Positions 20,597 through 24,925 of a stretch of DNA of 24,925 nt are shown one piece after another. The notes under the pieces were generated by a model. That model did not search any database. It was not told the origin of the DNA and saw only the letters and a list, made by a program, of their open reading frames with translations. The DNA is taken from positions 1 to 24,925 of the forward strand of contig JAYZQJ010000223.1 of the NCBI GenBank assembly GCA_036149055.1, in the 5' to 3' direction. This stretch comes from Myxococcota bacterium. Its GTDB lineage: Bacteria > Myxococcota_A > Polyangia > Polyangiales > Sandaracinaceae. The translations under genes and the position numbers were made by a program. Position 1 is the stretch's first letter. Every line of letters begins with the position of its first letter.

Positions 20597-21526
20597 TCAC
20601 CCCGCGCTCAAGACCTCTTCGAGCGGCGGCATGCGGCTGCCGTGGGCGCGGAGCTCGTCGGTGAGGGCGCGGGCGCCCGCGGTCATCGGCAGATCGAAGC
20701 GCCGCACGAGGGTGATGACGTCGTCGAACACCGGCAGGGCGTCGAGCTGCAGCAGCCGCTTCTTGGTCACCCCGTGGCTCGCCACGCGATACGGCAGCAC
20801 GCCGACGCCCACGCCGTCGAGCACCAGGCTCTTGACCAGCTCCATGCTCGAGCACGTCAGCTGGCTGGGCGGCGTCACTCCGTCGCGCTTCAGCGCGCCG
20901 AGCAGGTACTGGGTCTGGGCCAGCTCCGGGACGTGGAGGAGCGGCACCTCCGCGAGCAGCGCCGCGGGCGAGAGGCGGCGGTGCCGGCGGTGCAGGGCCG
21001 CCGAGACCACGAAGCCCACCCGGTCGTGGAAGAGGTCCACCACCACGCAGTCGTCGTGACGGGCCGGGTTCACGATCAGGCCGAGATCGAGCCGCCGCTC
21101 CACCACCGCGCGCTCGAGGTCGCGGGAGTTGCCGTTCTGCAGCGACAGCGAGACTCTGGGGTAGCGCTCGAGGAAGCGGGCCATGAACCCGGGGAGCAGG
21201 TAGGCGGCGAGGCTCGCGTGGGCGCCGAGCGTGAAGGCGCCGCGGGGCTCGGTGTCGAGGGCGAGCAGCTCCTCCTTCGCCGCCTCGAGGGTGCGATCGG
21301 CCTGCCGCGCGTGCTCGAGCAGGATCTCCCCCGCCCGGGTCAGCGAGACGCCCTGCCGGCTGCGGTGGAACAGGGTGGCGCCGAGCGCCTCCTCCAGCTT
21401 CTTCACCGCGACGCTGAGCGAGGGCTGGCTGATGTGGAGCGTGCGCGCCGCCGCGGTGAAGGAGCCCTCCTTCGCCACCTCGGCGAAGTAGCGCAGGGGC
21501 GCGCTGAGGAGGTCCGGATCCGACAC
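20597..21526 (-). CDS. LysR-family transcriptional regulator
   Basis: HTH LRYFAEVAKEGSFTAAARTLHISQPSLSVAVKKLEEALGATLFHRSRQGVSLTRAG; substrate-binding domain with LVLDGVGVGVLP. Confidence 0.97.
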   Translation of the reverse strand: MSDPDLLSAPLRYFAEVAKEGSFTAAARTLHISQPSLSVAVKKLEEALGATLFHRSRQGVSLTRAGEILLEHARQADRTLEAAKEELLALDTEPRGAFTLGAHASLAAYLLPGFMARFLERYPRVSLSLQNGNSRDLERAVVERRLDLGLIVNPARHDDCVVVDLFHDRVGFVVSAALHRRHRRLSPAALLAEVPLLHVPELAQTQYLLGALKRDGVTPPSQLTCSSMELVKSLVLDGVGVGVLPYRVASHGVTKKRLLQLDALPVFDDVITLVRRFDLPMTAGARALTDELRAHGSRMPPLEEVLSAG

Positions 21527-21575
21527 GCGGCGACCCTACCTTCCGCCCGCGACGTGGGCTACATTCGCGACCCCC

Positions 21576-22217
21576 ATGGGTGAAGACACGGGCGAGCGCG
21601 ACCTGACGGGACGCTGTGGCACCTGCTCCTTCTTCATGTCGTACAAGACCGACGAGGAGGGGCGCGAGGTCGGCGAGTGCCGGCTGGGGTGCTGGCCGCC
21701 TCCCTTGCTCGACACGCAGACGTGCGCCCATCACAAGCCGCGCGGCGCCACGTGGGACGGGGCGCTCAAGCGGAAGAAGGCGGCGGGGACCCCGCGGCGG
21801 ATGCGCGAGGCCGACTCGCCCGCGCCCCCGCCCCGGCGGCCGCTCCCGCAGGAGATCGACATCGACATGGACATCGACGAATTCCGACGCGTGCTCCGCG
21901 AGGTGATCCACGAGGAGCTGGGGGTGGGCGACGTGCAGCTCGGCGATCGCTGGCACGGCGGCGAGCTGGTCATGAAGCCGGGGCGCGACGACACGCAGGA
22001 CAAGAGCGTGCCCATCGAGACCTTCTTCAAGAAGATCGTCGGCATCCGGGACAAGCTCCGGGTGCTCGAGCAGAAGGTGAACGGCAACAAGTCCCTCTCC
22101 GACGCGGAGAAGGTGCAGCTCCAGCAGTACATCACCGGCTGCTACGGCTCGCTGACGACCTTCAACGTCCTGTTCAAGAACAAGGACGAGGGCTTCAAGG
22201 GGCAGTCCACGAAGTAG
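21576..22217 (+). CDS. Hypothetical protein with N-terminal Cys/His cluster and helical C-terminal domain
   Basis: CGTC..GECRLGC..TCAHH, then PIETFFKKIVGIRDKLRVLEQKVN..LQQYITGCYGSLTTFNVLF. Strong GC3 codon bias. Confidence 0.85.
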   Translation: MGEDTGERDLTGRCGTCSFFMSYKTDEEGREVGECRLGCWPPPLLDTQTCAHHKPRGATWDGALKRKKAAGTPRRMREADSPAPPPRRPLPQEIDIDMDIDEFRRVLREVIHEELGVGDVQLGDRWHGGELVMKPGRDDTQDKSVPIETFFKKIVGIRDKLRVLEQKVNGNKSLSDAEKVQLQQYITGCYGSLTTFNVLFKNKDEGFKGQSTK

Positions 22218-23091
22218 GGCGCGCCGGCGGCGGCCAGAGCAGGTGCACGCTGACGAGCGGCCGGGTCTGCAGGGCGAAGCTGCCGCCGTGCGGATCGAGC
22301 TCGAGGTTCAGGGTGACCAGGCGGTCGTCGGCGGTGCGCGCGAGGATGGCGACGTCGTCGAGCCCGTAGGCGATCGGCGACGCCGGCATGCCGCGCAGCA
22401 TCCGCTGCAGCTCCGGCACCCGCGCGTGGATGAGGCGCTCCTCCTGGGCCTGCGCCCACACCGCGTCGTTCGAGAGCAGCCGTCGATCGTCCTCGGTGAG
22501 CTCGTAGCCGCTCACGTCGCCCGCGCGCAGGTCGGCGATCAGCTGGGCGGCCAGCGCGGGGAGCCCCTCCATGCCCGGCGGCGGCGTCCCGCCCCGCGCG
22601 TGCGGCGTCATCGCCCGCGGCCGGAGCGAGACGAGCCGGAGCCCGTTGCGGCTCAGGGCGACGGTGGCCCGGACGCTGCCCCAGCGGGCCGGCCCCTCGG
22701 CGTCGCGCGCCGGCTCACCGCGCTTGAAGAAGAGCTCGATCTCGAACGCGAACGCCAGCACCGTCAGCTCGCCCGGCTCGTCCTCGAGGCCGCGCAGCCA
22801 CTCCACGTGCGGCTCCTCGAGCGTGCGGCGCAGGGGCAGCGGCGACGGGGGCAGGGGCGCGCCGCGGGCGGCGGCCAGCGCGAGGTCGGTCAGCGCCTCC
22901 CCGGCGGCGCTGATGGGGGTGTCGGCGTAGGGCCGCCCGGACGGGCGAGGCGCCTCGCGCACGATCGGGGCGGGCTGCGGCGTCTCGATCGGCCGCGCGA
23001 CCGCGACCTCCTCCACCCGCGGCGGGGGACGCTCCACGCCTCCGCACGAGACGAGCAGCACGCACGACAGCAGCGCGAGCCGAGCACCCAT
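22195..23091 (-). CDS. Hypothetical lipoprotein
   Basis: MGARLALLSCVLLVS-C lipobox and Pro-rich linker; 3' end overlaps the convergent gene by 23 nt. Confidence 0.7.
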   Translation of the reverse strand: MGARLALLSCVLLVSCGGVERPPPRVEEVAVARPIETPQPAPIVREAPRPSGRPYADTPISAAGEALTDLALAAARGAPLPPSPLPLRRTLEEPHVEWLRGLEDEPGELTVLAFAFEIELFFKRGEPARDAEGPARWGSVRATVALSRNGLRLVSLRPRAMTPHARGGTPPPGMEGLPALAAQLIADLRAGDVSGYELTEDDRRLLSNDAVWAQAQEERLIHARVPELQRMLRGMPASPIAYGLDDVAILARTADDRLVTLNLELDPHGGSFALQTRPLVSVHLLWPPPARPTSWTAP

Positions 23092-23114
23092 GCGATCAGC
23101 CTATCACCGCCGGG

Positions 23115-23558
23115 TCACGAGCGCGCGCCGTCGCACGCCTCGAGCAGCGCGCAGAGGGGGCCGTCGCCGCCGAGGGCCCGGGCCGCCTCGCGCTGCGCGG
23201 GCGCGTCGAGCTCGAGCAGCGCGTCGGCGGTCAGGACGGCGACGTCGTAGCGCGCGCCCTCGCGGTGCAGGGCGGCGAGCACCTCCGGGTCGAGCTCCGC
23301 CAGGAACGCCCGGACCGCCCGACCGCTCGGGGTGGCGCCCGCGCCGGTGAGCAGCTCGCCCCCGACGACCAGCGCCCGCTCGCCCTCGGGGCCGGTGTAG
23401 GTGAGCGCGGTCTCCGCGAGCGCGCCGTCGTCGTCGAAGCGCTGCTGCACCTCGAGGCTCGAGCGATCCACGTCGACCGCGGCCCGCTGCACGTCGGCCT
23501 CCTGCGGGGTGGCGCAGCCGACGCAGAGGAGGAGGGCGAGGAGCGTGGTCCGGGTCAT
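23115..23558 (-). CDS. Small hypothetical lipoprotein
   Basis: Start reassigned to ATG 23558: MTRTTLLALLLCVG-C. Confidence 0.65.
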   Translation of the reverse strand: MTRTTLLALLLCVGCATPQEADVQRAAVDVDRSSLEVQQRFDDDGALAETALTYTGPEGERALVVGGELLTGAGATPSGRAVRAFLAELDPEVLAALHREGARYDVAVLTADALLELDAPAQREAARALGGDGPLCALLEACDGARS

Positions 23559-23733
23559 GCCCGAACGTGCAGCACGACGCGTGCCGGAGGCCTCCGCGGC
23601 GGCGCGGCCCGCGAACGGCGGCGCCCGCTCGGTTCCAGAGACCCCACCGCGGGCTCCGGCGCGGGGTCGAGGGTCCCCGGGGCCGCTGTTGTGGCCGCGG
23701 CCCGGGCAGCGCATAGTCCGTCCCTGGGGCCCG

Positions 23734-24925
23734 ATGCCGATCCCGACCGACGAAGAGCGGGTGGGGACGTTGATCACCGACCGCTACCGGCTCGACGAGA
23801 TCCTCGGGCGGGGGGGCATGGGGGTGGTCTACGGCGGCGCCCACGTGCTCACCGGGCGGAGGGTCGCGGTGAAGCTGCTCAAGCGCGAGTACGCCGACGA
23901 CCTCGGCGGCGTGCGGCGCTTCCTCCAGGAGGCGCGCACCGCGGCCTCGCTCGAGCACCCGCAGATCATCGACGTGCTCGACGTGGGCACCGACGAGGAC
24001 GGCACGGTGTTCATGGCCCTCGAGCGCCTCGACGGGGAGACCCTCGGCGAGCGCATGGATCGCGAGGGCGCGCTGCCGGTCGAGGAGGTCCTCGAGCTCG
24101 CGCTCTCGGTGATGACCGGCCTGGAGGCGGCGCACGCGGGGGGCATCCTCCACCGCGACCTGAAGCCCGACAACATCTTTCTCTCGGTGGACGGCAGCGG
24201 GCGGGCGGTCCCGAAGATCCTCGACTTCGGCATGAGCAAGGTGCTCGGCGAGAGCTTCGGGAACACGACCGACAGCGGGACCCTGCTCGGCACGCCCTAC
24301 TACATGTCGCCCGAGCAGGCGGAGGGCGCGAAGGACATCGGCCCCCAGGCCGACGTGTGGTCGCTCGGCGCGGTCCTCTACCACGCCCTCTCGGGCGAGC
24401 GGCCGTTCCAGGCGAGCAACCCGCCGACCCTGATCCTCCGCATCGCGCGCGGCGAGTTCGAGCCGCTGGCCCGCCGCACCTCGACCGTGCCGCGAGGGGT
24501 CGCCGAGGTGATCGATCGCGCGCTGGCTCTCGACCGCGCCGTGCGCTGGCCGGACGTGCGCACCTTCGCGATCGCGCTGCGCGCCGCGGCCCGAGACGCC
24601 GGGATCCCGCTCCGGAGCGAGGCGTTCGCGGACGGAGAGATCGACGACGCGCCGCGCTCGTCACGGGCGGCCCTCTGGGGGGCCCTGGTGGCGGGGCTGC
24701 TGGGCGCCGGGATCGGGGTCGGGGCGATGCTGGCCGGAGGAGGCGGCGCGCCGGACTCTCTGCCGCGGTCGTCGTTCGACTCCGCGTCCGAGACCGCATC
24801 CGACTCCGAGACCGCGTCCGAGTCCGAGACCGAGACCGAGTCCGAGACCGCATCCGAGTCCGAGACCGAGTCCGAGACCGAGTCCGAGACCGAGTCCGAG
24901 ACCGAGTCCGAGACCGCGTCCGCCC
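23734..24925 (+). CDS. Hanks-type Ser/Thr protein kinase with a TM helix (3'-truncated; absent from ORF track)
   Basis: Hand translation from ATG 23734: RYRLDEILGRGGMGVVY, VAVKLL, HRDLKPDNIF, KILDFG, GTPYYMSPEQ, DVWSLG, then TM ALWGALVAGLLGAGIGVGAML. No stop before the window end. Confidence 0.95.
   Translation, partial: MPIPTDEERVGTLITDRYRLDEILGRGGMGVVYGGAHVLTGRRVAVKLLKREYADDLGGVRRFLQEARTAASLEHPQIIDVLDVGTDEDGTVFMALERLDGETLGERMDREGALPVEEVLELALSVMTGLEAAHAGGILHRDLKPDNIFLSVDGSGRAVPKILDFGMSKVLGESFGNTTDSGTLLGTPYYMSPEQAEGAKDIGPQADVWSLGAVLYHALSGERPFQASNPPTLILRIARGEFEPLARRTSTVPRGVAEVIDRALALDRAVRWPDVRTFAIALRAAARDAGIPLRSEAFADGEIDDAPRSSRAALWGALVAGLLGAGIGVGAMLAGGGGAPDSLPRSSFDSASETASDSETASESETETESETASESETESETESETESETESETASA
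24781..24925 (+). repeat. Hexamer-based tandem repeat (WCCGAG) encoding an S/T-E linker
   Basis: TCCGAGACCGAG-type units, in frame with the kinase, encoding SASETASDSETASESETETES... Confidence 0.9.

Noticed and set aside
24781..24925. Terminal repeats as a CRISPR array
   Set aside because: Contiguous 6/12-bp units without spacers, in frame within the kinase; no cas genes.

Overview
Very GC-rich bacterial DNA that looks myxobacterial (Polyangia/Sandaracinaceae-like; inferred from the Hanks-type kinase, DAG/DSG-linker lipoproteins and TIGR04551-like barrels). It holds about 20 CDS and no rRNA, tRNA, CRISPR, transposase or phage genes. In order: a lipoprotein divergent from an OM beta-barrel / lipoprotein / paralogous OM beta-barrel cluster; a 3xLysM-MepA murein endopeptidase; a stand-alone TerB; a Cys-rich lipoprotein; a rhomboid-like protein lacking its catalytic dyad, downstream of two lipoproteins built from a shared ~105-aa two-Cys repeat; Hsp20; sucA without sucB; a LysR-GNAT-DUF2961(GH172)-AidB-like string; a conserved hypothetical; two lipoproteins; and a Ser/Thr kinase missing from the ORF track that runs off the end in an S/T-E repeat. 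Best leads: (1) the hsp20-sucA intergenic region carries several hairpins with C-rich anti-Shine-Dalgarno-like loops plus an exactly complementary G-rich loop, a candidate 3'-derived sRNA; (2) the twin-barrel cluster; (3) the repeat lipoproteins with the pseudo-rhomboid; (4) a recurring TANNNT-N6/7-start leaderless-promoter pattern. All family calls come from motif recognition by eye; no database search was run.
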